DNA of 64,000 nt, from contig MU005960.1 in assembly GCA_010093745.1 (NCBI GenBank), positions 186,636 through 250,635 on the forward strand, read 5' to 3'. Numbering within the stretch: the first letter of the stretch is position 1; every line of letters starts with the position of its first letter. Below the pieces are notes generated by a model. That model was given only the letters and a program-made list of their open reading frames with translations. It searched no databases and was not told where the DNA came from. The translations under genes were made by a program, and so were the position numbers. Source of the DNA: Piedraia hortae CBS 480.64 (lineage: Eukaryota). Of this stretch, positions 10,875-22,248 are shown piece after piece.

Positions 10875-11546
10875 TCAAGCAACCTTACCCTTACCCTTCT
10901 CCTCCTCGTTCTCCTCCTCCCCTTCAGCACACCCACAATCATAAAACTCCCCAATATTCGAACAATCAAATACCTCCTTCCCCAACCTGAGATTAACCTG
11001 ATTATGCACATGACAAGCCCACGTCGCGGCAGCCGAGCGCGACGAAACCTGCGGCGGGAACCGCCTTACAATCTCCCTAAAATGCTCCGCACATTCCCCA
11101 CAAGGATACAATCTCACAAAGAGATGGATGTAGCTATGCAGAGCCTCGCGCTCGTCCGGGGTGGGTTTATCCGGGAAGCGCGCCATGATGGTGTGGAAGA
11201 GACGCCAGGCTGCGCGGCCGAGTTCGGCTTTCGCTGTCGCGTTGCCGAGTTTCGGCATTATCGTGGTGCCGGTTAGGAGGTTGTCGGTCGGGTGGAGGGA
11301 GATTGCTGCCGCGAGGGGTGGGGTGGAGTGCAGGGGTAGTTGTGCCTTGGGTTGGGCTTCGATGGGCTGCGCCGCGAGGGGTTGCGATTTGATCGAGTGC
11401 GCCTCCGCCCTGATGGGGGTCTTGAGAGTCCGGCGCGCAGGGAGATCATCATGGTGAGGTGGATCGTGACGGTAGACGGAGGTGAAGAGGACGAGGACCA
11501 GCACAACGGCGAAAACGAGGCTTGGGACGAAGAACCGCCGTGTCAT
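10875..11546 (-). CDS. ERV2: FAD-linked sulfhydryl oxidase, ER type
   Basis: N-terminal signal anchor, LGNATAKAELGRAAW, LYPCGECAEHF, CHVHNQVNLRLGK, C-terminal YDCGC. Confidence 0.93.
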   Translation of the reverse strand: MTRRFFVPSLVFAVVLVLVLFTSVYRHDPPHHDDLPARRTLKTPIRAEAHSIKSQPLAAQPIEAQPKAQLPLHSTPPLAAAISLHPTDNLLTGTTIMPKLGNATAKAELGRAAWRLFHTIMARFPDKPTPDEREALHSYIHLFVRLYPCGECAEHFREIVRRFPPQVSSRSAAATWACHVHNQVNLRLGKEVFDCSNIGEFYDCGCAEGEEENEEEKGKGKVA

Positions 11547-11649
11547 CGATGTTGATGTTCCTTTGTCACGTGGGGGTATGTATTTATAGTTTTTGGTTGA
11601 TGGTCGGTTGGCGGAGGGAACAAGGAAAGTGATTCTTTTTGTAGGAGAG

Positions 11650-12821
11650 ATGGGCGCTAAATTTCCCCCGCCTCCTACTTCCCAGCTTGGTAATTGTTTC
11701 GACAGGGAAAGAGAAGGTGGGCTGACTCTGGGTAGATTGGGGGACTATTGGTTTTGCAGTGCAGAAGGGTAGAGATAGCGATACCCCGTGCGTGACTGTT
11801 TTTTGACTTTGATCTAGTTAACGGTCATGTCGAGGCTCGATATAGCACCAAAACGGGGGGCGAGTGGTCGGATCCGACGTTTGTTGAAGATCCATATCTT
11901 CGAGTTCATGGCTTGGCTACAGGTTTGAATTATGGTCAGCAGTGCTTCGAGGGGATTAAAGCTTTTCGAGCCCCGGGGGATGGGTCGATTCATATTTTCC
12001 GGCCAAGGCAGAATGTTGAGCGTATGGCGAAGAGTGCGGCCTTTGTCTCGATGCCTCCTGTTCCGACAAAGGTTTTCATGAAGTGTTTGGAGATGGCAGT
12101 GGCTCGCAATGCAGTGTTCGTTCCACCGCATGACAGCAAGGCCGCCTTGTACATCAGACCGCTTCTCTTCGGGTCCAGTGCTCACTTGGGCCTGAGTGCT
12201 TGTGAGGATTACACGTTTGTTGTCTACGTTAATCCGGTGGGCGTGTATCACGGCACAGAGCCCGTTGCTGCGCTTATCTTGGAGGATATCGATCGCACCG
12301 CTCCAGAGGGATCCGGAGCTTATAAAGTCGGTGGAAACTATGCTCCTATTATGCGGTTTAGTACCGCTGCGAGAGCTGATGGGTACAATATCACGCTTCA
12401 CTTGGATAGCAAAACTCGGACGGAGATTGATGAGTTTAGCACCTCAGCTTTCATTGGTGTTAAGCAGTCTTCAGAATCTGGGAAACCCGTATTGGTGGTG
12501 CCCGACAGCAAAAACACGCTGATGTCCATCACCGCAGACTCTGCCTGTGCTATTGCTTGTAGCTGGGGTTGGACGGTAGAACGGCGTGCAGTCTACTACC
12601 AGGAGCTGAAGACCTTTGACGAGGTCATGGCTGCCGGTACCGCTGCCACTCTGGTCCCTGTTAAAAGCATCACGATGAAATCCCGGAACGAAGCCGTTCG
12701 TTACGGACATGGTGGCCAGGCAGGGCCAATAACGATAAAGCTTCTGACCAAATTAAAGGCAGTTCAATCAGGCGATGAAAAAGATGAGTGGGGATGGCTT
12801 CATCAAGTGTCGGAGCCTTGA
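11650..12821 (+). CDS. Branched-chain amino acid aminotransferase (class IV); exons 11650-11689, 11736-11768, 11818-12821
   Basis: The spliced N-terminus reads FPPPPTSQLDWGTIGFAVQKVNGHVE. Further motifs: LNYGQQCFEGIKA, LYIRP, KVGGNYAP, AGTAA. Both introns are GT-AG with branch points. Confidence 0.92.
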
Positions 12822-12847
12822 TAGATGGGTCAAAAATTATATTATGC

Positions 12848-13805
12848 TTAACATGTCCGCGTATTCTTCAGTTCCGTCACCAAGACGTCTGTAGCACCCA
12901 GCTCTATGAGCTCGTCCATGACACTAGCAATTTTATCATGCGGAACCATGGCTTGTACCGCTACCCAGCTGTCTTCTTCGAGCCCCGTCACTGTTGGTGC
13001 TCGCTTACCTGGTGTGATATTTTTCGCTTGAGGCAGCCGGGAACGCTCCACATTATAGGTACATAAGACGTATTTGGCTGCCGTGATCACGCCTTGAATA
13101 CGGCTGGAAACGAGCCGCACAAGCTTTGGGTTGGTTGGATTCTTTGACCGGATGAGGACAGCTGTGGTCTCGATTACTGTAGCAATGGCTTTCAGCCCTG
13201 CTACACGCATCGTCTCCCCGGACTCAACCAGGTCTACTATGCCATCTGCAAGCCCCAGCGCACAGGCTGCCTCTACACTGCCACTTAGTGGTCTAATAAG
13301 AGTTTTGGGCTGATTTGAACCCTCGAGTCGGCCAAAGTATTGATGCGAGAGGGCAGTGAAACTAGTGGCCACCCGCTTGCCTACGAGCGCCTCTACGCTT
13401 TGTATGTCGCCTTGCTGTGGAACCTGGACCTGCAGCTTGCATCGGCCAAATTCCAGATCTAAAAGCTCTTCAGTGCCGGTTGTCTCACTCGGGGGATTTG
13501 TGGCTTGGTATTCAGCCACTGTATCGCGCCCGGTGATACCAAGGTCCACCCGGCCCTCGGCGACAAACTCTGGAATGTCGGCTGCGGGCAGGAAGATCAA
13601 AGCCATGGGAAGGTTCATCACCAGCGCCAGGTCCAGCCGATTATTACGATGGAATCTAATGTCGGATTGGGCCAGTATTTCAAGACATTTTTGGTGCAGT
13701 CGGCCCTTTTTGGGCACCGCAAACAACACCCGATCATTGAGGCTTGCCTGTCAGTTTAATTTGGGAGCACACTGCAACTTGAACACACCTTTTCGCAAGA
13801 TCCAT
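12848..13805 (-). CDS. HIS1: ATP phosphoribosyltransferase; exons 13805-13789, 13742-12848
   Basis: MDLAKSLNDRVLFAVPKKGRL, DLGITG, GSVEAACALGLADGIVDLVESGETM. 46-nt intron GTGTGT...CTGAC...AAG. Confidence 0.95.
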
Positions 13806-14151
13806 GGCTTGCAAGGTTGTCGGGTGAGGTTTTGGAGCCAGCACTTGGTGATTCCAGACTACCTGATGCCGGCAAGTGCTGGAAACGGCTGGAGGTACTT
13901 GGCTCAGGTCGGCGGAGAATTATTTCGAAACAAACAGCAGATGACGTGACGTTTGCGGTCCGAGCCTTGGATGTGCTTTGACTTTTGGCCGTAACAAGAC
14001 TTTGGGCCTGAGACCTTTAGCTTGCAGCGATGCGGAACTTTCCGTGCCAAGAGCAGACCACCACCTCTCATTTTCCGACCACCAGAACATCACCAGTCGC
14101 GCACTTTTGCAAAGAAAGACCTGTTAAGCACTTTTCTGACAACGTTGCAAA

Positions 14152-14511
14152 ATGGATTCCGCCAAGTACGAATACTGAATTGGCAGCATTGGCATTCGCT
14201 GACCGAGACAGGGTCCCTGTTAAACTGGTCAAGGTAACCCGTGTCCTCGGCCGTACCGGTATGATATCAGCGACAATGGCGAGGCAGACAAAGATCTAAC
14301 TGCGTCAGGCTCTCGCGGTGGCGTCACTCAGGTGCGGGTCGAATTCATGGACGACACAACCCGCAGCATCATCCGCAACGTCAAAGGACCTGGTATGAAA
14401 AACAGCGCGAGGAGCCGGCCGTTGGAACACCATGGCTGACAGGAGATAGTGCGCGAAAACGATATCCTTTGCTTGCTTGAGTCTGAACGCGAAGCCAGGA
14501 GGCTGAGATAG
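14152..14511 (+). CDS. RPS28: 40S ribosomal protein S28 (eS28); exons 14152-14165, 14212-14258, 14309-14392, 14450-14511
   Basis: Spliced product [68 protein letters not shown]. Not recovered intact by the ORF track. Confidence 0.97.
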
Positions 14512-14907
14512 AGGGGGTAAACGAGCAGCGGCGAGTGAAATGGCGTACACAAAGCAGGCACGGATAGAAGCACGTATGATGAATCCATGTTCGGCCGGTG
14601 GCAACTACTATTCTCTCCAGAACTACCTAAGGGCCCTTCATCCGTAGGGTTACGCCACAGGTGGTACCGTTGCGGCGCTTTCGCGAACGTCGCCAGCCGG
14701 CAGCCACGGTGGGAGGATGGACTCTCCACACAAGATCTGCAACCATTTGCACCTGATTGCTCCTCCCATCGTGATGGAGGCGGAAACATGTTTCCCCGCA
14801 CCGAGTTGTACCTCGGCTCGACTTGACTTTACAGCGTGATGTGGGCTGCGGCGGACAAGGACCAGGCTGCCATCATCGTGGCCTGGAGGTGTAGTAGAGC
14901 TGGAGAC

Positions 14908-14942
14908 GATCACGTGCTAACAGAGGATATCTAGATCACGTG
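14908..14942. promoter_or_regulatory. Tandem GATCACGTG E-boxes (bHLH site, Cbf1/SREBP-type)
   Basis: Identical 9-mers at 14908-14916 and 14934-14942, upstream of the gene at 15681. Confidence 0.35.
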
Positions 14943-15680
14943 GTGGCAATTTGTCATTCTTGGATGGAATGGTAGGCTGAGGCTTAGGGTCTCGTGCCTC
15001 AGATGGAGGGGGCCGGCGAGGGTAGGGCGGGGGCGGAGGTGGGGGAAGGGCGACGGGAATGCAGTCAACCACGAAACAAAACAAACCAGCGCGACAAAGG
15101 CTGCACTTGACAGCTGCAACACCCCGACAGTTCGGTACCAAACGATGATCTAAATGAACCCATGGCGGACATTGGAAGCGAGTGGGCCGGCTTCGGGCGG
15201 ACCCCGATCGGGCTTGGCCGCAACCTTGAACACTGCACCGAGTGGCGCAGACAAGAAATAGCGACAGCTGCCAGGGAACCGCAGTTTTCCCGGGACCACG
15301 CACTGCCACAATCGCGTGGCAATGGCTGCTCACGGGCGCTCAAATGCGTGTGGCGGAGCGGCAGAACGTGGGCCCGCGAAAGAACGCCGGCGATGACAGG
15401 TTGATCAAGGGAAAGCCACCGAGTACTCACTACGACGCATGTGGATTGCCACGCATATGTCCGCCATGTTGTGCCGGCGCAGGGAACATTTTTCCGTCCG
15501 ACAAGCGCCCATAAAAACTCCGTGCCTGCCGTCAGTCAAGGTCTACTGGCTGTAAAGGCGTGGATTGCCATGCGAACCGGTCGACGACTGGCTGAAGTAC
15601 CCAGGAACACTCCCGGCGGGTGCATTGCGCTAGCAACAAGCAGCAGACGGAGCAACGGCACCAACAAGATTGTAGAGCCC

Positions 15681-16553
15681 ATGGATTACCAGTTCCTCAA
15701 CTTCACTCACCCTTCGGATGCAAAGGCCCAAGTAGCCCGGCGGACGGTGCGAAGCCATGTCACGCGGCAGCAGCATCAAAAAGAGCAGGCCCTTCAGGCA
15801 GCTCGTCGGGCCAGCTCCCGTCAGAACCAAGTCAGTGAACCTCAGCCCCCTCCACCACCGCCCGTGACCCAGGAAGCTCCTCTGGATGCTCGTCTCTGGG
15901 GCACTGCTCCGGAAAGCCGGGAAGCAGACGGCATGCGTCCACAGAGCTATCAACAGATCAATCCGTTCCAGCTCTATCCACGCGAATGGCATCAGTCTAT
16001 CGCCGCAATCGAGGAGTTCTACGCCCACAACTTGGCCATCGACATTCCAGACCTGGACCCTGCCACAACGGCCAGCTGGTTGCGCACACGCCTCCTGCCG
16101 CTCATGTATACTGACAAAGCGTCCCTGCATGCTGTAATGCTGCTCGCCGCAGCTCACTATACGCAGGCGCATGGTCAAAACTCTCACGCTGTTGACATTT
16201 TGTCCCTGAGAGGCTTGGCAATCGCCGAGATTAATCAGGCCCTCCGTGAGGGGCGGCAGAGAGCAACAAGCGACCAGCTGATCCTTGCTGTGGCTGAAAT
16301 GGCTTCATACGAGGCCGCATTTGGCAGCAGAGACGATGCAAACACGCACATGCGTGGTTTACACCGCATGGTGCTGATGCGCGGTGGTCTGCCGAGCCTG
16401 GGACTTAACGGTTTCGTCGAGCGTGTGTTGTTGTGGATCGACTCCAACGTTTGCTATCTCCTCAACCGCAATCTGTACTTTAACGACCTTTCCGCCACCC
16501 CCCGACACCCGCCACCCGATGCGATGAAGTTCTTGGGGAGGCTGCGGGGTTAA
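15681..16553 (+). CDS. Fungal regulator-like protein (DUF3468-type, no Zn2Cys6 cluster)
   Basis: FLNFTHPSD...RRTVRSHVTRQQH N-terminal motif, AIAEINQAL...ATSDQLILAV, HMRGLHRMVLMRGGLPSLGLNG. ATG 15681 is preferred over the ORF-track start. Confidence 0.8.
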   Translation: MDYQFLNFTHPSDAKAQVARRTVRSHVTRQQHQKEQALQAARRASSRQNQVSEPQPPPPPPVTQEAPLDARLWGTAPESREADGMRPQSYQQINPFQLYPREWHQSIAAIEEFYAHNLAIDIPDLDPATTASWLRTRLLPLMYTDKASLHAVMLLAAAHYTQAHGQNSHAVDILSLRGLAIAEINQALREGRQRATSDQLILAVAEMASYEAAFGSRDDANTHMRGLHRMVLMRGGLPSLGLNGFVERVLLWIDSNVCYLLNRNLYFNDLSATPRHPPPDAMKFLGRLRG

Positions 16554-17077
16554 TTTCTGTGCATCTACATTGGCATGGATGAAGACTTGTATTATTGCTG
16601 CTTGAATACTGTTCGACCACTCACGTGGCGAGACAACGGATGAGCGAATTCTGCTCAATTGACGAGCTTCTTGGGTAATTTGCTATGCTTTATTGGATAT
16701 AATGTCAGGATTTAAAAGGATGAAGATTTCACATTTGCGAATGGTGTGGCTTGGCATGCACCCACTAACTCAGCGGCCGCAGCACGGAGGGATCATCTCA
16801 GATGACTCTCAGCGTGCAGCTGTCTAGGGACTGCCGAGGATGTATGTCTGTCTTGAGCCTGCCGAGGAGCATCGTTGATCTGTCTCTGCGTGGAGGAGTC
16901 GAGATAGCCGAGAGTCGGGCAGATTAATACGCGTTATATAGTGGTGGGTCCACATGTTCTCCCCTCTCCGCAAACCCAAAGTCAAGCCACAGCAGCCACC
17001 CATCAGCCACAGCTGCCGACCGTGAAAGGCGCTTGCTTGCCGCTGACCCGGCAAGACAACCAGCTGCTGGTTGTATC

Positions 17078-18357
17078 ATGGTCTCTTTCTCGTGCGAGGT
17101 ACGCGCCCGGCCATGACCATCGCGCGCGCGTAGTCGCTAACATTGCGCAGGTGTGCGGCGATGTCCTCACCAAGAAGGTAAGGTAGACGCGCCCATCAGA
17201 CCGTGCCGCAAGGCTGACCCTCCTTAAAGAAGCTTGACGGCCACCGTTCGCGCTGTTCCGGATCAAGCTTTACCTGTATCGATTGCATGGTCCACTTTCA
17301 GGGCACCGACTATCGCAGCCACACATCGTGCATCAGCGAGGCTCAAAAGTACCAAGGCAGTCTATACAAGCCTCCCAAAAGCAAGACGGTCATGCCCGGC
17401 GAGTACCCGTCCGATATGACGCGTTACCATGCCACGGTTGAGGACGAATCACAACGGACTGTGACGACGGTGGACATTGAAATCCCGCCCCGCGCTCCCA
17501 CACCGCCACGTCCTGGCGTCAACGTTTTTGACTTTCTTGTCGAGGACGCGTCCCAAGCACCCAAGCACCTGGCCGGGCCGGACGTTACCTATGGGTCCGA
17601 TGCCGTGCCGGCCGGCCGTGAACGCTACGACTCGCATCCCACGCTGCCGCCAGCGCAGGCTACGCCCGCCCAACGGCTGCCATCATCGTCACAGGGCAAG
17701 AGTGATAAGAAGCGGAAGCGAGTCGATCACCTCAGTGTCTCGCCTGAAGCTCCAGAGCCGAGTACGGCGCGCCAGCCACACCGTCTCCTTCACACCGGTC
17801 TCACGGGTGGCCTGGAACGGCTTGTGACGGAAGCCGAGTTCTACGATGATCGCATCGATGAAGGCCCAACGCCCATTACGCCCATGAAGCGCAGCCGTCT
17901 CGAACAACCATGGGAAACCTCGCGCAAGGCACGCAACAACCCAGCAATGGCCAGCAAACCCACAACGGCCTACGAAAGCAAGCGTCGAGAGCATGAGAGG
18001 CGCGAAAAGGACGCGCGCGAGAAATCCAGCATAGAACGTGGCGGCCGTAGAATACGACGCGACTCGTCCTCATCCTCGCCGAAACCCTCTCGTCACCACA
18101 AGAGTCGCACCGCTTCTCTCCAACCCAGCAACGGAGGTTCCACTAGCATCGGTCCCACCGCAGCCGGCCAAGTGCGCGCCGAACGCTTCATCTCCCTAAT
18201 CTCAAAGGGCCCCGACAGCGACCGTGGCTGGTCCGTCAACAAAACCCTCAAACGCTACCATCGCGAATTCAGCCGTGATACAGATGATAAAGACCTCTGG
18301 CGCTCGCTTAGGCTAAGGAAGAATGAAAAGGGTGAGGTTGTCCTTTTTGTTCTATAA
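17078..18357 (+). CDS. zf-LYAR nucleolar protein (YCR087C-A-like); exons 17078-17098, 17151-17177, 17230-18357
   Basis: Spliced N-terminus MVSFSCEVCGDVLTKKKLDGHRSRCSGSSFTCIDCMVHF...HTSCISEAQKYQG. Confidence 0.92.
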
Positions 18358-18410
18358 AAGGAATGTTTCGATACTTTAGATTCCTTCTGCCGTGTGTAAA
18401 GTAGTCTTTG

Positions 18411-18503
<93 letters not shown>
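18411..18503. repeat. (CAT)31 microsatellite in the 3' flank of the LYAR gene
   Basis: Perfect 93-bp trinucleotide run. Confidence 0.98.
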
Positions 18504-18504
<1 letters not shown>

Positions 18505-19650
18505 TGTTCCGATAGGGCATGGGTCGTAATTTGAAATGAGGATGAGGGATTTGATGTGTGCTCTTCGCCTCTCTGAGATATCTGTATATCTCTGATTCGT
18601 TGGCTACGCGATTGGGATTCGAAGAGATGCACTCTTAACCAGATGGATATAAGTATGGCAAAGAGTTCTGTGGGTTCTGGCTGTGTATATTGACTTTTGC
18701 TTTTCCAATCCAGACCTGCGTACTATCTCCCTTTGCCTTTCTTTTTACCGCCCTCTCTCTCCCATTCACCCTCCCCACTCGCACGCGAAGATTGTTCAAA
18801 TCTATAGTCTTCCACCTGTAATGCTCGAAGAAATCCTCGACCAACTCGCAAATGGCAATATCATTCCGCTTTTCCCAAGTATACAGCACGTTCTGAGTCT
18901 GCTTGACTCGTACGGCCTCTTCCACTGGGTCTCCGGGATTAGGGCTCTGGTGAGAGTGTAGACAGAATAACCCAGCAGTTAAGATGAGACAGGCTATATA
19001 GTCTCTCCTAGAGGATGGTATCCTTACCGTAGGCTGGTGAAGAGGACAGAATTTGCGATTTTCTCTGAACTCCATATGTTTTCCCTTGTTGGGTGGCGGT
19101 TTTACGGTGTGAGGGCATCTAAGTCATTAGCTCCACAGATCTATGCGCAGCGTGGTCCTACTATTTCCCTATCTAGCGAGGTGTAGGCCACTCGTATGAA
19201 GGTTGATATGGTCGCCCTAGGGTAGGGAAATCCCCCTACTGCGTGGGGTTTTACAACCCACTTAGGATACGTGTCCGTGGGTTCATGTGGTGGGTGGTTC
19301 TCGCTTTCATTCTTTCGATGGAACTGGGGCTTGAGAGTTTGGTTCGGTGGGTGTGAGTCTTGAGAGTGGGATGGGTTGAGGGCAGGGGTTTAGTATGATT
19401 TTTGGGAAGACTGGGCAATGGTGGATTCAGTGCATCGCAGCTTTTGTGGTGGTTGAAGGGACCGGCACAAACAGATATCTTCAATGAAAGGATACTCTGG
19501 GAAATTGAACGCGAGGTTAGTGATTTCTCCATTTTATGGGAGTGGGAACGCCAGGTCCTAGGTCGCGTACGGTCCCTCTCCTTCAGAAGGCCTTGGAAGT
19601 GAAGGTCTGAGGTCGCGAACGGGCTCCCTATTTCTCATTCAGGAGAGAGA

Positions 19651-20020
19651 TGTTGGAATGAAGTCTCGTTGCTCTGAGTGTACTATGCCACTGCGCGACA
19701 CCTCTTACACCAGCAGCTGCACCCTAGGTTTTGTTCTCACAGAGGTCTCCCTCAGGGTCATGTCGCATGCGACATGGTAAATGCGCCCTGCTACTCTTTG
19801 AGGCGAGTCATGAAGTAAGACTTCATGCTGACGGTCTTACTGCATGTATGAACACTTGCTTACGGCCATACGATGGATGACTCTTCGTACGAGGCTACGC
19901 ACTGGCCTACCGGCCCATAATATATTCTCTGATGTCCCTTTGTAGATACACTTGTATTCACTCATACACACACTTGTACTCTCTATCCATCGTTCTCATT
20001 CGCACGTACAATCTGTTTCA
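19651..20020 (+). mobile_element. LTR-like repeat copy 1 (Ty1/copia-type termini)
   Basis: Starts TGTTGGAATG, ends TTTCA, and is preceded by the purine tract AGGAGAGAGA (PPT-like). Alignable in inverted orientation to 26768-27139. Confidence 0.65.
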
Positions 20021-20739
20021 GGGGACCGTGTCTTGAATTAAAGCTTGTGGTTGGGTTCTTTTTTCTTTTAGGGGTAAACGATACTTGATAATGCGTAATC
20101 GACAGCCATGCCTGCTGAAAGACTGAAATAGGCTTTAGTAAGCAAATTCTCTAGACATAAACAAAAACATCCTTGGAAACCATTACGTGTATCCTCTGAT
20201 CTAGAGATTGGATGCAGAAAGCTGGTTCTTCGAGCTGCGTACTCAAACATGTATTCGATTCTGTACATATCTATGCATAAAACAACGATTTGTCGATTGG
20301 GTAAATGGGAATGTGGCACAGGAGTGGCCGAGCTACTTAGGCAAAACGTGGGAGCTTGAACGGTGTTGCGACTTCGTTTGGAGTTGGTTTCGGCTTGGCA
20401 TGCAGCGTAAGGCTAGGCAGAGTAATAGGTCTCCCAGGGAGTTCATGTTTTAGGGGATGTTTCTATTGGAGGCTGCTCTGCGGAAAGGTCTTGGCCAATA
20501 TGATTGTCTAACTTGCAAGTCGCAGTGATCCCATGTGAAACTAAAAATTACTTTATCCATAATCACACTGACGAGAGTGAGCCTCATGACACTTTGTAGA
20601 TGCAGATACTTTCCTGTCTCTTCAGTGACGGGATCTGAATGATAGCACCGTGTCGCGCGTGTAGAGTATACAGGGAAAGTGGTTGCCTAATCATTCGGCC
20701 ACCCATTGCTCGTATACTCTTCAGTAGCCATCTGATCTA

Positions 20740-21127
20740 TGAGACTGTCTTTTCGATTTTTTGTGGGGGTAGGCCTCTAGTGGATGGGAGTGCGCAGCGG
20801 CCCGAACCACAAGGACGTAGCAATAGACGGAGATCAAAAGCAGGGACAGAAAAATTCAGGCGGGTAGGATTCAATACCAGTGTTGATATGACAGTGTGAG
20901 TGACTACATCTCTACAAGGGGACGTCAGAATAGATGTTCTGGACCGGTGGACCGGTGACATCACGTCGTACACTAGCAGGGCGCATTCGCCATGTCACAT
21001 ATAACATGGCCATGAGACACCTCTGTGAGGGAAAAAAATCTAGGGTGCAGCCGGTAGTGTAGGGGGTATAGCTGACTTGCTGTGCAAGTGTCCCCATACG
21101 CGCTAGCGGCGATGCTTGACTCCAACA
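20740..21127 (-). mobile_element. LTR-like repeat copy 2
   Basis: On the minus strand it starts TGTTGGAGTC and ends GTCTCA, preceded by ATAGGAAAGG. Direct repeat of copy 3 and shares a core with copies 1 and 4. Confidence 0.6.
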
Positions 21128-21480
21128 CCTTTCCTATCGAGCGTACACTTGCTGGTAAAAGCCCACCTTGAGACATTTGGCCATACTTGGACTGAAAAAC
21201 GCAACATGAGATAGAAAGTCTGCTCTGCTTAGTAAACAAATGGCTCTTTTGTTCAAGATGTTCGAGGCATTGACTGACCTAATCACCCGATGTCGGCCCG
21301 AAATTGAACCGAGGGCATCTTGAGTTCATCCACTCACCAAGCCAAGTACATCACTCTATGTAGATTTCACTGCGCTTGCTTTGATCAGAAGAATTGGTAC
21401 CAAGTAGTGGCCGATGCAGGATACTGAAGCTTGAAGAAGGAAAAATTTTCCTTTCTGGAATGCAGATTAGACAAAGCGTA

Positions 21481-21867
21481 TGAAACTCTCTTTGCGAAGA
21501 CATCATATGTAGGTATTTAGCTCTCGTGGGTGAGAGTGCACAGCGACCCGAAGAGGGCGGAGCGATAGACGGAAACAGGGACAGGAAAGATGTAGATGTA
21601 TGTAAGTCAAAATACCAGTTGCAGCATGGTAGTGTGAATGACTATTTTCAATAAGGGGACGTTCAGAATGAAAATTCTGTTCCGGTGGGCCGGTGACGTC
21701 ACGTCGTACACTAGCGGGGCGTATTCACCATGTCACATATGACATGACCCTGAGGGAAAACCTCTGTGAGGCAAAAACCTAGGGTGCAGCTGGTAGTGTA
21801 GGAGGTATCGCTGACTTGCTATGCAAGTGCCCTGCATACGCGCTAGCGGTGATGCTTGAATCCAACA
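21481..21867 (-). mobile_element. LTR-like repeat copy 3
   Basis: On the minus strand it starts TGTTGGATTC and ends GTTTCA. 387 bp versus 388 bp for copy 2. Confidence 0.6.
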
Positions 21868-22248
21868 TCATATACATTCCATACTAGAGACTCCCACTAC
21901 TCATTCAGTGAAGCTTATAGTATTACTAGTGTTGAGAAGTAGCAACATCGAGTCTCAACGACCGGGAAAGCGGACTGAAACGATTCCAGTGAATTGCTTC
22001 CGTTTCCAGCATTAGCACTCCAAGGAAGCATTTCTAAGCTAACAGGTTGCACCTGTTAAGGCGGGAAAATGGGATATTCATGGTGTGAATGCATTTTCTG
22101 TTGTATGATGTGTTTGACGTTTTTACCCATTCACACCGTATTATAAGGATGTATGTCACGACATCCCGGGGTGACTCTACTCAACTCGAGTCCCATCGCT
22201 CGTTTCCTCTGCTTCCCCAATATTGCGACTCGCTGCACAACACTCATA

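Noticed and set aside
4223..13805. Metabolic gene cluster (monooxygenase, dehydratase, ERG12, BCAT, HIS1)
   Set aside because: Unrelated primary pathways, with no backbone synthase, transporter or shared motif seen.
14650..15122. Signal-peptide-like minus-strand ORFs after RPS28
   Set aside because: Non-ATG starts, no joining intron found and no homology recognised; more likely promoter DNA.
18255..18632. ORF with 31 consecutive Met
   Set aside because: Just the (CAT)31 microsatellite read on the minus strand.
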